Assembly: GCA_050253415.1 (NCBI GenBank)
Contig: JBFWJC010000003.1
Span: 256,001 to 320,000 of the forward strand
From: Pedobacter sp.
GTDB taxonomy: Bacteria > Desulfobacterota > Desulfuromonadia > Desulfuromonadales > Syntrophotaleaceae
Reading direction: 5' to 3'
DNA length: 64,000 nt
Notes under the pieces: generated by a model
What the model saw: only the letters and a program-made list of their open reading frames with translations
What the model was told of the DNA's origin: nothing
Databases searched by the model: none
Translations under genes and position numbers: made by a program
Part shown: in pieces, positions 21,163 to 32,711 of the stretch
Position numbering within the stretch: position 1 is the stretch's first letter
Layout of the letters: each line of letters opens with the position of its first letter

Positions 21163-22254
21163 TTAACCTTCGCTGTAAAGAAACATCCAGGCACCGAATA
21201 ATAGAAACAGAATATTCGCACCCCAGGCAGCAATCAGAGGCGGAAAGGTCCCTGAATAACCAAAGGCGAGCAGGGCTGCATGCAGAATAAAGTAAACGGC
21301 CCCGATGGCCACGCTAACTGCGATGCCAAGGGCCAGGCTGGTTCCACGGCCTTTACGGATTGCGAAGGGGATGCCGAGGAAAATCATCACAAGGCAGGCA
21401 AAGGGTGCTGCAATGCGGGCATGCATATCGACTTCAAAACGCGTAGGATTATACCCTTCTCCACGGAGTTTTTTTGCCAGACGTTTCAATTCGCTGATGG
21501 ATAAGTCTTCATTGCGTTTACTCCCCGGCACTTTAAAGTCTTCAGGTGTTACAGGTAGAGGGATCAGCGTTTCATTCAGGCTTTGTTCTTTCAGCAGGTT
21601 TCCGGTCGCTGGATTGAATGTACGGGTGACGACATTGTGGCCTTGCCATTGCTTGTCTTTAAAGACGGCACTGTCGGCGTCTATGCGTTGGCGTATATGG
21701 AAGTTATTGTCAAAGGTTAGCAGGGTGATTCCTTCCAGTGCCTGTTCCCTGGGTTTAGCTAGACGGATATTGAGAATGTTTTTTTTATGGCGCAGCCAGA
21801 TCTTGTCCTGCTTATAAATAACCGCCGGTCCCCCCCTTACTTCCGTCGAAAGAATATATCGGGCTTGCTTGACCGTTGCGGGCACAATAAATTCGTTGGC
21901 GGCAAGGAAAAACAGAGAGAAATACAGACCCATGCGTAGCAGGGGGCTTGTAATCTTCGCGAGACTTACCCCTCCAGCATGCATGGCAGTCAGTTCGGCC
22001 GTGCGGGTGAATCCGCCAAGGGTCATAAAAACTGCCATCAAACAAGCCAGGGGGGCAACCTGGATAATGATGAAGGGGGTTTTGTTTATAAAATAGGCCA
22101 CGCACAGGCTAAGCGAAGCGTGATATTCCATGAAATCATCGATACGCTCGAAAAACTCAACCAGCAGGTAAAGGCCGACGAAAGCTGCAAGGGCCAGGCC
22201 CAACAGGCGGAAGAACGTTAGCAGAACATAGCGATTTAAAAGGGTCATGGTCAT
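21163..22254 (-). CDS. lptG: LPS export ABC permease LptG
   Basis: LLNRYVL N-terminus, ELTAMHAGGVS, C-terminal PPLIAAWGANILF; start overlaps the lptF stop. Confidence 0.9.
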   Translation of the reverse strand: MTMTLLNRYVLLTFFRLLGLALAAFVGLYLLVEFFERIDDFMEYHASLSLCVAYFINKTPFIIIQVAPLACLMAVFMTLGGFTRTAELTAMHAGGVSLAKITSPLLRMGLYFSLFFLAANEFIVPATVKQARYILSTEVRGGPAVIYKQDKIWLRHKKNILNIRLAKPREQALEGITLLTFDNNFHIRQRIDADSAVFKDKQWQGHNVVTRTFNPATGNLLKEQSLNETLIPLPVTPEDFKVPGSKRNEDLSISELKRLAKKLRGEGYNPTRFEVDMHARIAAPFACLVMIFLGIPFAIRKGRGTSLALGIAVSVAIGAVYFILHAALLAFGYSGTFPPLIAAWGANILFLLFGAWMFLYSEG

Positions 22255-23429
22255 TGTTTCCTCACCAGGCGTAAAAATTTGACCATCCCCGTACGGAAAG
22301 AATCTGTTAGCGGCAGAGGTTTTTCCTTTGCGGCAGCCTTTAAAAGCACAACACCTGCCATGAGGAAGATAAGGTTTGGTGCCCACAGCAGAAGGCCGGG
22401 CATGTTGCCTTCGACGACCAGAGTGCCGGCGACCGACAACAATACATAGTAGGCAAGAAATATAAGTAAACCGATAGCAAAACCGCTTCCGCGCCCGGAT
22501 CGCACAGGCTGAATGCCTAAAGGAACTCCAAGTAGTGCAAAAAGAAGGGGGGCAAGTGGCAATGCCATGCGCCAGTGGAATTCGGCTACCAGTTCATTGA
22601 TTTTGGATCCGTGTGCCGTATCCTGCGATTTCATGGCACGATAGAGTTCGGTTACGGACATGGTTTTTTTGTTTTTGCGTGGCTGGTCGGATTCCATCGA
22701 TGCCTGGCCAAGATTGAGATTCAGGTCGTATTGGGTAAAGCCGATGACGTGAAAAGCACCGGTCGATCCGCTGCGTTGGCGGTGAATAGTGCCGTTCTCA
22801 AGGTGTAACGTCAGGGTTAGAGTGTCCTGGTTGGATAGAATGCGACCGCTGTCAGCGAGGATGATGGCTGGGAGCGAATTGGGTCGTTCATCGGAGATAA
22901 ACACGCCCTGCATTTGCCCCGATCGTTCGTCAACATCATTGGCATAGAGTACGACGCCCTTAAATTCATCGTTAAACAACTGGGGCTGGATCCCGATGTT
23001 GGCCCGGCTACTTGCAATTTGAAAAAGTTGTTTGCGAAAAAGTTCCTCGCTGGCGGGTTTGGCCACCATGGTGAGACAAGCGGTGAGGATGCTAACGCAT
23101 AGGCCTAAAACGGCAATCGGTACGGTTATCTGATAAAGGCTGATGCCGCTGGATTTGAGGGCGAGAACTTCCTGGTCCGTAGACATGCGGCCCAAGCCTG
23201 CCATGACGCCAAGTAGGAACGACAGAGGAAGAGTGAGGACCAGCAGGGAAGGCAACAGCGAGGCGAACAGAATAAGGATATCCATAAAAGGCACACCCTT
23301 ATTGATCACCATTTCAACAAGTTTGAGGATGCGTCCCATGAGCAGGACGAGTGTGAATACAGCAAGCCCCAGAGTCATGGGAACAAGAGTTTCACGTAGC
23401 AGATAACGATAGATGCGAAGGCTTGACAT
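22251..23429 (-). CDS. lptF: LPS export ABC permease LptF
   Basis: IYRYLLRE, GRMSTDQEVLALKSSGIS and WAPNLIF motifs; start set to MSSLR at 23429. Confidence 0.9.
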   Translation of the reverse strand: MSSLRIYRYLLRETLVPMTLGLAVFTLVLLMGRILKLVEMVINKGVPFMDILILFASLLPSLLVLTLPLSFLLGVMAGLGRMSTDQEVLALKSSGISLYQITVPIAVLGLCVSILTACLTMVAKPASEELFRKQLFQIASSRANIGIQPQLFNDEFKGVVLYANDVDERSGQMQGVFISDERPNSLPAIILADSGRILSNQDTLTLTLHLENGTIHRQRSGSTGAFHVIGFTQYDLNLNLGQASMESDQPRKNKKTMSVTELYRAMKSQDTAHGSKINELVAEFHWRMALPLAPLLFALLGVPLGIQPVRSGRGSGFAIGLLIFLAYYVLLSVAGTLVVEGNMPGLLLWAPNLIFLMAGVVLLKAAAKEKPLPLTDSFRTGMVKFLRLVRKQ

Positions 23430-23837
23430 GGCACGCATACTAATACAGTTTAGAGTGACTTGTAAATAAGTCACCTGTCTTATGCAGCATGGCAATCCGG
23501 TTCCGGATCCTTTTGGCAATGGTGGCGTTATGCCAATTTCAGACAATGATATGAGCACCCAGGCGTTAGCAAGGCTTTGCCGGGCAAGATGCTCTGCCTG
23601 AATTATTGGATATCTCCATCCGTAAGGGCGGTTTGAGCCATGTGGCACGGTTGTTCGCGGAATACCCTATGCTTTTTGGCCGTTGAGGTGTGCAACTTGG
23701 TAAGGGAGCAACTAAATGGTTTTGGCGTAGCAGGGTCGGAGAGGTGTTAAAGGATTTCGTTGGATCAAGGCAATGGTTTCTGCTTATTTTGTCCTTGCTA
23801 AAGCTGTATTTCCATGGTATTTACACCTGTTCACAAT

Positions 23838-23922
23838 ACGCACGTGCCCTGACTGGTGGTGGAGGTGCCTTGCCGATAAACGGATAGGTCCTGCCAAGGG
23901 AAGAGGGGCGCGGAGGCTAACC
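23838..23922 (+). promoter_or_regulatory. rpsB 5' leader (putative S2 autoregulatory RNA)
   Basis: CGTGCCCT (23843-50) pairs with GGGGCGCG (23905-12), with internal GGTGCC, followed by GGAGGCTAACC; resembles known rpsB leaders. Upstream TTGCTA, 17 bp, TATTTA with an extended TG. Confidence 0.65.
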
Positions 23923-23941
23923 ATTCTTAAGGAGAAAGATC

Positions 23942-24733
23942 ATGGCTCAAATCAGTATGAAACAATTGCTCGAGGCCGGGGTACATTTCGGTCACCAGAC
24001 CAAACGCTGGAACCCCAAAATGAAGCCCTATATTTTCGGGGCGCGTAACGGCATCTATATTATTGACCTGCAAAAGACCGTTCGGTATTTCAAGTCGGCT
24101 TACCAGTTCATTCGCGAAACCGTGCAGAACGGCGAAAAGGTGCTTTTCGTCGGCACCAAAAAGCAGGCTCAGGAAGCCATCCGCGAGGAAACTAATCGGG
24201 CAGGGCAATATTACATCGATAACCGCTGGCTCGGCGGTATGCTGACAAACTTTGGAACCGTCAAGAAAAGCATTGAGCGCCTCAAGAAAATCGAGACCAT
24301 GTCTCAGGACGGTACTTACGAGCTGCTGACTAAAAAAGAGGCTCTCAATCTTGAGCGTGAAAGAGAAAAGCTTGAGAAGAACCTTGGCGGGATCAAGGGA
24401 ATGACTAAACTTCCCGGAGCTATTTTTGTTATCGATCCCAAAAAAGAAACTATTGCCGTCAAAGAAGCCCGTAAATTAGGGATTCCTGTTGTGGCAGTTG
24501 TTGATACCAATTGCGATCCCGATGATATCGACTACATTATTCCTGGTAATGACGATGCCATCAGGGCCATTCGCCTGTTTGCCGCAAAGATGGCTGATGC
24601 ATGCATGGACGGTGCTGAAGCTCGTGAAGCTGCATTGCGCGCTGATTCCGACAAGGCAGAAACCGACACCAAGGACGAAGTTCCGGTTGTCGAAGCTGCT
24701 GCCGAAGAAGCTGAGCCGGCAAGCGAAGAATAA
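23942..24733 (+). CDS. rpsB: 30S ribosomal protein S2
   Basis: [19 protein letters not shown] and [10 protein letters not shown] motifs. Confidence 0.99.
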   Translation: MAQISMKQLLEAGVHFGHQTKRWNPKMKPYIFGARNGIYIIDLQKTVRYFKSAYQFIRETVQNGEKVLFVGTKKQAQEAIREETNRAGQYYIDNRWLGGMLTNFGTVKKSIERLKKIETMSQDGTYELLTKKEALNLEREREKLEKNLGGIKGMTKLPGAIFVIDPKKETIAVKEARKLGIPVVAVVDTNCDPDDIDYIIPGNDDAIRAIRLFAAKMADACMDGAEAREAALRADSDKAETDTKDEVPVVEAAAEEAEPASEE

Positions 24734-24755
24734 TAGTCCTGAATAATTTGAGCTC

Positions 24756-24791
24756 GCAAAAGGCGGTCCGGGAAACCGACCGCCTTTTTGC
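24756..24791 (+). terminator. Hairpin/attenuator between rpsB and tsf
   Basis: GCAAAAGGCGGT-C-CGG-GAAA-CCG-ACCGCCTTTTTGC. Confidence 0.75.
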
Positions 24792-24854
24792 TGAATGTAT
24801 CACGGGAGTTGCGTTGCGATTGTGGCTTCCAAGCATAAATGAGGAGAGTTTTTT

Positions 24855-26505
<1,651 letters not shown>

Positions 26506-26510
26506 GAACC

Positions 26511-27068
26511 ATGTATAACGATGTCATCAAAAAAGCTCGCATCGGTATGGATAAAGCCGTAGAAGCTTTGAAAAAGGACATGACCAAAGTGCGTACGGGA
26601 AGGGCGTCCACGACTCTTCTTGATGACGTGATGGTCGATTACTATGGTACCCCGACCCCTCTTAATCAGGTTGGGACCCTTTCTGTTCCCGAGTCTCGTC
26701 TTATCACGATTCAACCTTGGGAAAAGAAACTTCTTCCTGAGATAGAAAAAGCGATTTTTAAAGCTGATATCGGGTTGACGCCCTCCTCGGACGGGCAACT
26801 TATCCGCCTCGTTATTCCGCCGATGACGGAGGAACGACGCAAGGAGATGGGTAAGTTGGTACGTAAAATGGGTGAAGACGCGAAAGTGGCGGCACGCAGT
26901 GCTCGCCGTGATGCCAACGACGCGCTTAAGAAACTTGAAAAAAATAAAGAGATCAGCGAAGACGATCAGAAGCGTGGGGAAAAGGAGATCCAGGATCTCA
27001 CCGATTCTTACGTAGTCAAAATCGACGAACTGGTTGCAGCTAAAGAAAAAGAAATAATGGTGATTTGA
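26511..27068 (+). CDS. frr: Ribosome recycling factor
   Basis: [14 protein letters not shown] and TEERRKE motifs. Confidence 0.98.
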   Translation: MYNDVIKKARIGMDKAVEALKKDMTKVRTGRASTTLLDDVMVDYYGTPTPLNQVGTLSVPESRLITIQPWEKKLLPEIEKAIFKADIGLTPSSDGQLIRLVIPPMTEERRKEMGKLVRKMGEDAKVAARSARRDANDALKKLEKNKEISEDDQKRGEKEIQDLTDSYVVKIDELVAAKEKEIMVI

Positions 27069-27158
27069 ACCGTGCCATGGGGCCCTTTTTGGCTGCCTGT
27101 TTTTGGGTGGGTCACAGAGGATTGTTCCCGCGGGTTGAGACGCTATACAGATAAACCG

Positions 27159-27189
27159 AGGGACGTCGGTACAGGCGTCCCTTTTCTTT
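27159..27189 (+). terminator. Terminator after frr
   Basis: AGGGACG...CGTCCCT followed by TTTCTTT. Confidence 0.6.
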
Positions 27190-27288
27190 ATCCATTTTAC
27201 CGCCGATCCTGTCTTGCTGGTAAAAATTGGTTATGCTAATGTCTGAACTTTCCTAAAGGGATGCAGTTTAAAAATGGGTGGTGCTGAA

Positions 27289-28017
27289 ATGAGTATACCC
27301 CGACATCTTGCCATAATTATGGATGGCAATGGCCGGTGGGCTGAACAGCGGGGCTTGCCTCGTGTCCTTGGTCATCAGCACGGCGTGGAGACTGCCAAGG
27401 CTATTATCGAGGAGTCCAGGCGGCTCGGTATTTCATATCTGACTCTTTATGCATTCAGCTCAGAAAACTGGGGGCGTCCCGATGAAGAAGTCGGCTCGCT
27501 GATGTCGTTGCTGAATACCTTTTTAGAGAGAGAGTTAAATACTCTTCTTGCTCACCGTATCCGGCTTAATGTTATTGGGTCCATCGATCGACTCCCTGAG
27601 GTGGTAAGGGAAACCTTACATCGTACTATGGAGCGCACCGCAAGTAACAACGATATGGTCCTCACTCTGGCTCTATCGTATGGGGCACGGGATGAAATAC
27701 TCTCAGCGGTGCGGACTCTTGTTGATGATGTCATGGAGGGGCGACTCGATCCTGCATGTATTGATGAAGAGTGCTTTTCGGGTGCACTTCAAACCTCAGG
27801 CATGCCAGACCCTGATTACCTCATTCGTACCAGTGGTGAGATCCGCATCAGCAATTTTCTGTTATGGCAGATGGCGTACGCCGAAATCTATTTTACTCCC
27901 GTTCTTTGGCCTGATTTCAGCCCGACCCATCTGCACGAAGCTCTTGCCGAATTTAGCCGCAGGGAACGTCGTTACGGTTTGACAGCTGATCAAGCCCAAG
28001 AGGATGTCAACGACTGA
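27289..28017 (+). CDS. uppS: Undecaprenyl diphosphate synthase
   Basis: HLAIIMDGNGRWA, AFSSENW and IRTSGEIRISNFLLWQ motifs. Confidence 0.97.
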   Translation: MSIPRHLAIIMDGNGRWAEQRGLPRVLGHQHGVETAKAIIEESRRLGISYLTLYAFSSENWGRPDEEVGSLMSLLNTFLERELNTLLAHRIRLNVIGSIDRLPEVVRETLHRTMERTASNNDMVLTLALSYGARDEILSAVRTLVDDVMEGRLDPACIDEECFSGALQTSGMPDPDYLIRTSGEIRISNFLLWQMAYAEIYFTPVLWPDFSPTHLHEALAEFSRRERRYGLTADQAQEDVND

Positions 28018-28028
28018 AGGAGCACGTT

Positions 28029-28826
28029 ATTAAAACCAGAATCCTGACAGCAATCATTGCATTGCCGCTACTTGTGGCTTTTATCCTTTGGACTCCCTTT
28101 TGGGGGTTTTATGCACTGACGTGCGGTATCGCGGCTTGGGCACTGTACGAATACTATGCCATGGCTCTTGCCGGGCACCGCAAGGTTGAGAAGACCTTGG
28201 CACTTGTGGCCGGGGTTGGTCTTATGACACCTTTGGTGTTTGAATACTATTCTGTGTTTGTCGGCGGGTTGACTCTGTCGGTTTTCTTTTTTGCCTGCCT
28301 GTTTCTGTTACGACATGGACCCATGAATAGTGTTGCCGGGGAGCTTGCTCTTTTACTTTTCGGTTTTTTCTATATCACCATTCCGTTGTCCCATCTGGCC
28401 CTGCTTCGTGATTTGGAATACGGCACCCGATGGGTTCTGCTGGTTCTGCTTCTGGTAATGCTCAATGACAGTTGCGCTTATTTTTCCGGCACCTTCTGGG
28501 GAAAGAAAAAGCTCTATCCCAGTGTAAGTCCAAACAAAAGTGTCGAGGGTGCTATTGGCGGGCTTGCCGGAAGTATGCTGGCTGCTGGTCTGGCTCACAT
28601 GATTTTCATGCCGTGGGCCGGTCTTATGCCGTTACTGGTCCTTGGTCTGGTGGTGGGGGTTGTGGCTGAACTGGGGGATTTATTCGAATCTCTTTTGAAA
28701 CGATCATTTGGTGTTAAGGACTCCGGCACGCTTATTCCCGGACATGGGGGTATTCTTGACCGTCTTGACAGTTTATTATTCGCTTTTCCTTTAACATACT
28801 ATTTCGCCCTGTGTTTGCAGGGGTAG
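28029..28826 (+). CDS. cdsA: Phosphatidate cytidylyltransferase (probable ATT start)
   Basis: SPNKSVEG and [32 protein letters not shown] motifs. The frame extends upstream of the TTG at 28062 to ATT at 28029, which follows SD AAGGAG. Confidence 0.93.
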   Translation: MKTRILTAIIALPLLVAFILWTPFWGFYALTCGIAAWALYEYYAMALAGHRKVEKTLALVAGVGLMTPLVFEYYSVFVGGLTLSVFFFACLFLLRHGPMNSVAGELALLLFGFFYITIPLSHLALLRDLEYGTRWVLLVLLLVMLNDSCAYFSGTFWGKKKLYPSVSPNKSVEGAIGGLAGSMLAAGLAHMIFMPWAGLMPLLVLGLVVGVVAELGDLFESLLKRSFGVKDSGTLIPGHGGILDRLDSLLFAFPLTYYFALCLQG

Positions 28827-28834
28827 AGGGAACG

Positions 28835-30019
28835 ATGGCTTTAGTAAAAAAACTTGGCATCCTTGGCTCTACAGGCTCCATTGGCGTAAGTACTCTGGAA
28901 ATTGTGGCCGCCTTTCCGGATCAGTTTGAAGTGGTAAGTCTTACCGCCGGGAATAATCTTGCCCGGTTGGAGGAGCAGATTCGCCGCTTCCGTCCGAAAA
29001 TGGTTGCGGTTATTTCCCCTGAAGGGGCCGAGCGGCTCAAAGAAAGCCTTGGCTCCGACGCTCCGCTGATTCTCTCCGGGGTTGAGGGGTTGGTGGCATG
29101 TGCATGCCACGAGGAAATTGACATGGTGGTGTCGGCTATTGTTGGTGCCGCCGGATTGATTCCTACCATGGCTGCTATAGAGTCAGGCAAAGACATCGCT
29201 CTGGCTAACAAGGAAACTTTGGTTACCGCCGGTTCTCTGGTCACCGAAGCCGTAGCCCGTTACGGGGTGCGCCTGTTTCCCGTTGACAGCGAACACTCAG
29301 CTATTTTTCAGTCCCTCGAGGGACATCGTATGGACGATGTTCGCCGGTTGATTCTTACGGCATCGGGAGGCCCGTTTCGCAACCGCCCGTTAGCCGATAT
29401 GCGTAGCGTGACAACCGCTGATGCGCTGGCACATCCGAACTGGAGTATGGGGCGCAAAATCTCGATCGATTCCGCAACCATGATGAACAAGGGGCTGGAA
29501 GTCATCGAGGCACGCTGGCTGTTTGATGTCCCGGCGGAGCGCATCGCGGTACACATTCATCCGCAGAGCATCGTTCATTCGTTGGTTGAGTACATCGATG
29601 GGGCGGTCATTGCTCAGTTGGGCATCCCGGATATGAAAACTCCGATTGCCTATGCGCTGTCACATCCCAATCGTTTACCTCTTGACCTCCCCGCGCTGGA
29701 CCTTTGCAGCATGCGCAATTTGACCTTTGATGAACCCGATCTGGAGCGGTTTCCGTGTCTGGCCCTTGCCTATGAGGCGCTCGCCATGGGTGGTACAGCA
29801 CCGGCGGTGCTGAATGCCGCCAACGAGGTTGCCGTCGATGCTTTTCTAAGTGAAAAGATTCCCTTTCTGGATATTGCCAACGTAATTCGTTCCGCACTTG
29901 AACGTCACGAAATAAGACCACTTGAGCATATTGACGAAGTTCTACGGGCCGATTTGTGGGGTCGCAAAGAAGCCCGCCTCATTATCGACAGTGCTGCCAA
30001 GGGAGGGCGTTCATGCTGA
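28835..30019 (+). CDS. dxr: 1-deoxy-D-xylulose-5-phosphate reductoisomerase
   Basis: GSTGSIG, LANKE, PVDSEH and NKGLEVIE motifs. Confidence 0.98.
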   Translation: MALVKKLGILGSTGSIGVSTLEIVAAFPDQFEVVSLTAGNNLARLEEQIRRFRPKMVAVISPEGAERLKESLGSDAPLILSGVEGLVACACHEEIDMVVSAIVGAAGLIPTMAAIESGKDIALANKETLVTAGSLVTEAVARYGVRLFPVDSEHSAIFQSLEGHRMDDVRRLILTASGGPFRNRPLADMRSVTTADALAHPNWSMGRKISIDSATMMNKGLEVIEARWLFDVPAERIAVHIHPQSIVHSLVEYIDGAVIAQLGIPDMKTPIAYALSHPNRLPLDLPALDLCSMRNLTFDEPDLERFPCLALAYEALAMGGTAPAVLNAANEVAVDAFLSEKIPFLDIANVIRSALERHEIRPLEHIDEVLRADLWGRKEARLIIDSAAKGGRSC

Positions 30020-31347
30020 AAATTGTTGGTGGCATTCTCATGCTCGGAGTACTGGTTTTTGTTCACGAGCTGGGACACTTTCTCGTTGCCAAGTGGTGCC
30101 GTGTCAAGGTGCTCAAGTTTTCCCTCGGGTTCGGCCCGAAATTGGTTTCACGTACCTGGGGGGAAACGGAATATCAAATCTGCCTTATTCCATTAGGGGG
30201 GTATGTGCAGATGCTTGGTGAAGGTGATGATGGAGAAAGTCAGCCGCTGACGCAGCAAGATAGATTACGTTCTTTTGCGGAAAAACCTGTGTTACAGAGA
30301 CTTGCTATTGTTGCCGCCGGTCCTGCCATGAATCTGATTCTGCCGTTTCTCATATTGCCGATCGCTTATTTTATCGGCATGGATCAGCCGGCTTATATCG
30401 ATAATCCGGCCTGTGCCGGTTATGTAGTGAGCGAATCCGATGCTTCCCGTGCAGGGATTCAGACGGGGGATTGTATCCTCAGTATCAATGGGGAGCCGAT
30501 CGCCAGCTGGACGGATGCTGAAAAGAAACTGTTACTTCACGTCGGGCAGGAGACCTTCCTTGTTGTCGAACGCGGAACCGAGGTTGTTGATGTGCCATTG
30601 CCGACAGACGCTTCTGTCGCAGAGGGCTTGCAGGGTCTGGGGGTATTACCGAACCAAGCTGCCGTCGTGGGGTTTTTAGAGGGTAACATGCCGGCGCAGA
30701 TGGCCGGCCTGCAGTTAAATGATCGTATTGTTTCGATAGATGGCGCAGCTATTTCTTCATGGTATGACATCCATTCTGTGGTGCAAGCCGGTGCCGGCAA
30801 ACCGATGACCTTGGTGGTTGAAAGGGGAGATGCTCTTCTGACGTTTCAACTGACTCCAGAACTCAAAGAATACGATGCTCCCGAGGATAATCGATATTTG
30901 CTTGGTATTGGCCCCCAGTTGGAGATGGTATTTAAGCGTTATTCCGCTGGAGACGCTATTACCCAGGGGATTGATCGCAGCGTTGAACTCGTTGACCTGA
31001 CATTGCTGTTCTTGCGAAAATTATTTGCCGGACATATTTCCGCTAAAAATATTGGCGGCCCTATTATGGTCGTCCAGATGGCTGGTGCTGTTGCCGAAGA
31101 GGTCGATCTGGCCAAGATTCTCTCCATGTTGGCGTTTCTGAGTATTCAGTTGGGCATTCTTAATCTTTTGCCTGTACCTATTTTGGACGGCGGCCACCTT
31201 TTGTTCGGCGCCGTTGAGCTTGTGCGTGGCAAGCCTTTATCTGAACAGGCCCGGGAGATTGCCCAACAGATCGGGCTGGTGTTGATTGTATTGCTGATGG
31301 TGTGGGCGTTTTACAACGACATCATGCGGCTGTCGTTCGGGGGGTAA
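30013..31347 (+). CDS. rseP: RIP metalloprotease RseP (site-2 protease with PDZ domains)
   Basis: HELGH, AGPAMN and [12 protein letters not shown] motifs. Confidence 0.96.
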   Translation: MLKIVGGILMLGVLVFVHELGHFLVAKWCRVKVLKFSLGFGPKLVSRTWGETEYQICLIPLGGYVQMLGEGDDGESQPLTQQDRLRSFAEKPVLQRLAIVAAGPAMNLILPFLILPIAYFIGMDQPAYIDNPACAGYVVSESDASRAGIQTGDCILSINGEPIASWTDAEKKLLLHVGQETFLVVERGTEVVDVPLPTDASVAEGLQGLGVLPNQAAVVGFLEGNMPAQMAGLQLNDRIVSIDGAAISSWYDIHSVVQAGAGKPMTLVVERGDALLTFQLTPELKEYDAPEDNRYLLGIGPQLEMVFKRYSAGDAITQGIDRSVELVDLTLLFLRKLFAGHISAKNIGGPIMVVQMAGAVAEEVDLAKILSMLAFLSIQLGILNLLPVPILDGGHLLFGAVELVRGKPLSEQAREIAQQIGLVLIVLLMVWAFYNDIMRLSFGG

Positions 31348-31349
31348 TT

Positions 31350-32060
31350 ATGAACGAATTGGTGGTTACCGTTGATACCTCCACCCCGGCGGGCAGCGTA
31401 GCTCTAAGCCGTGGGCACGAATTGCTCGGAGAGATTGTCCTGCATTTACGTGGCACGCATACGGATCGGGTGCTTAACTCGCTGAAGTGGTTGCTGGCGG
31501 AGGCTTCCGTCAGGCTAACCGACGTGGACGCTTTTGGCGTGGTGGTCGGACCGGGTTCATTTACCGGGCTGCGGGTTGGAGTTGCGACGGTAAAAGGCTT
31601 GGCCTATGCCGGTGGCGCACCCGTGGTAGAGGTTTCATCCCTGGAAACTCTGGCTATGCAGTGTCCCTCCGCTGCCTTTCCTGTATGCGCCATGATCGAC
31701 GCCCGTAAATCCGAAGTGTATAGCACGGTTTTCGATTGCCGGGCCGCCGAGCCGATAGCTTTGACCAACGATCAGGTTTTGTCACCGCAGCAGCTGCTCG
31801 ATCGTTTGGAAGGCGATCACCTGTTTATCGGCAGCGGCGCGCTACTGTATTCGGATCATATCAGGCAAAAGCTTGGTTCCCGGGCCCATTTTGTGCCCTG
31901 GACCATGGATCCACCTCGAGCTTCCGGGGCGGCCGTTCTGGTGGTGTCTCGTCTGCGGGCAGGCTTGGCTAAAACAGCTCAGGAAGTAGTTCCGCGTTAT
32001 ATTAGGGCTTCCGAAGCCGAAATAATGCTGGCAGCAAAAAAAGCCTCTCAATCCAGTTGA
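31350..32060 (+). CDS. tsaB: t6A biosynthesis protein TsaB
   Basis: VDTST, GPGSFTGLRVG and IDARKSEVY motifs. Confidence 0.95.
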   Translation: MNELVVTVDTSTPAGSVALSRGHELLGEIVLHLRGTHTDRVLNSLKWLLAEASVRLTDVDAFGVVVGPGSFTGLRVGVATVKGLAYAGGAPVVEVSSLETLAMQCPSAAFPVCAMIDARKSEVYSTVFDCRAAEPIALTNDQVLSPQQLLDRLEGDHLFIGSGALLYSDHIRQKLGSRAHFVPWTMDPPRASGAAVLVVSRLRAGLAKTAQEVVPRYIRASEAEIMLAAKKASQSS

Positions 32061-32160
32061 AGGTGTTTTCCTTAAACCTTTACAGCGATTCCCGTTTAAT
32101 CATTCATTGCCATAGCATTAGCTACCGCAGCACGCGGTTTAATATCGCATCCTTAGGCTG

Positions 32161-32189
32161 TTGACATATCTAGAGCTATTCGTTATTTT
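32161..32189 (+). promoter_or_regulatory. Putative sigma70 promoter
   Basis: TTGACA, 17 bp, TATTTT. Confidence 0.6.
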
Positions 32190-32236
32190 GAATCAGGCTT
32201 GTTGCTCTTTATCAACCCTTTCCTGGGAGGTGTCTG

Positions 32237-32458
32237 ATGGAAGATCAAGATCTTGGGCTGATTCAGCGTCTGTGCGATGAAAGCGCACTTTATCGCAGAC
32301 TCTATGAGGAGCATGTGCTTCTCGAACGCGAGTTGAACACGTTGGATCAGCGGCAACACCTCAGTCCCGAAGAAGAAGCCCAAAGGAAAAAGGTGCAGAA
32401 GCTGAAGTTGGCAGGCAAAGATGAAATGGCGCAGATATTGCGCGCATGGAAACGGTAG
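32237..32458 (+). CDS. Small coiled-coil protein (DUF465/YdcH-like)
   Basis: RRLYEEH...KLKLAGKDEM pattern; strong SD GGAGGTG. Confidence 0.8.
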   Translation: MEDQDLGLIQRLCDESALYRRLYEEHVLLERELNTLDQRQHLSPEEEAQRKKVQKLKLAGKDEMAQILRAWKR

Positions 32459-32481
32459 AAAGCCGGTATGCTTATTCTGTT

Positions 32482-32514
32482 GAAAGGGTTTGGGCAAGCC
32501 GTCCGAACCCTTTC
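32482..32514 (+). terminator. Hairpin after the DUF465 gene
   Basis: GAAAGGGTTTGGGC-AAGCC-GTCCGAACCCTTTC. Confidence 0.6.
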
Positions 32515-32711
32515 TGCATCATGTGCCATTTGATATCCCCGAAAAATAGTTTTGCATTATCAATATTACGGTTGGATTCGTATTACCCGGTAACGCCCTT
32601 TTTGATGACTGCTTATATTGGCGACGGGTATCGGTGACAAGGCAGGGTCACGGTTTCAGTCGATCTGTACCAAGGCCCATAGATCTGCAAGAAAGGAAAT
32701 GATCAGATCAT

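Noticed and set aside
23642..23658. Sigma54 promoter-like TGGCACGGTTGTTCGC
   Set aside because: GG-to-GC spacing is 11 rather than the required 10 nt, and no suitable gene lies close downstream.
23480..23790. Long lptF-rpsB intergenic region as a possible tRNA/sRNA or small gene
   Set aside because: No cloverleaf, terminator or convincing SD-led ORF was seen; the short ORFs listed there look spurious.
32521..32637. Possible ilvD leader peptide/attenuator
   Set aside because: No Ile/Leu/Val codon run, no SD and no terminator before ilvD.
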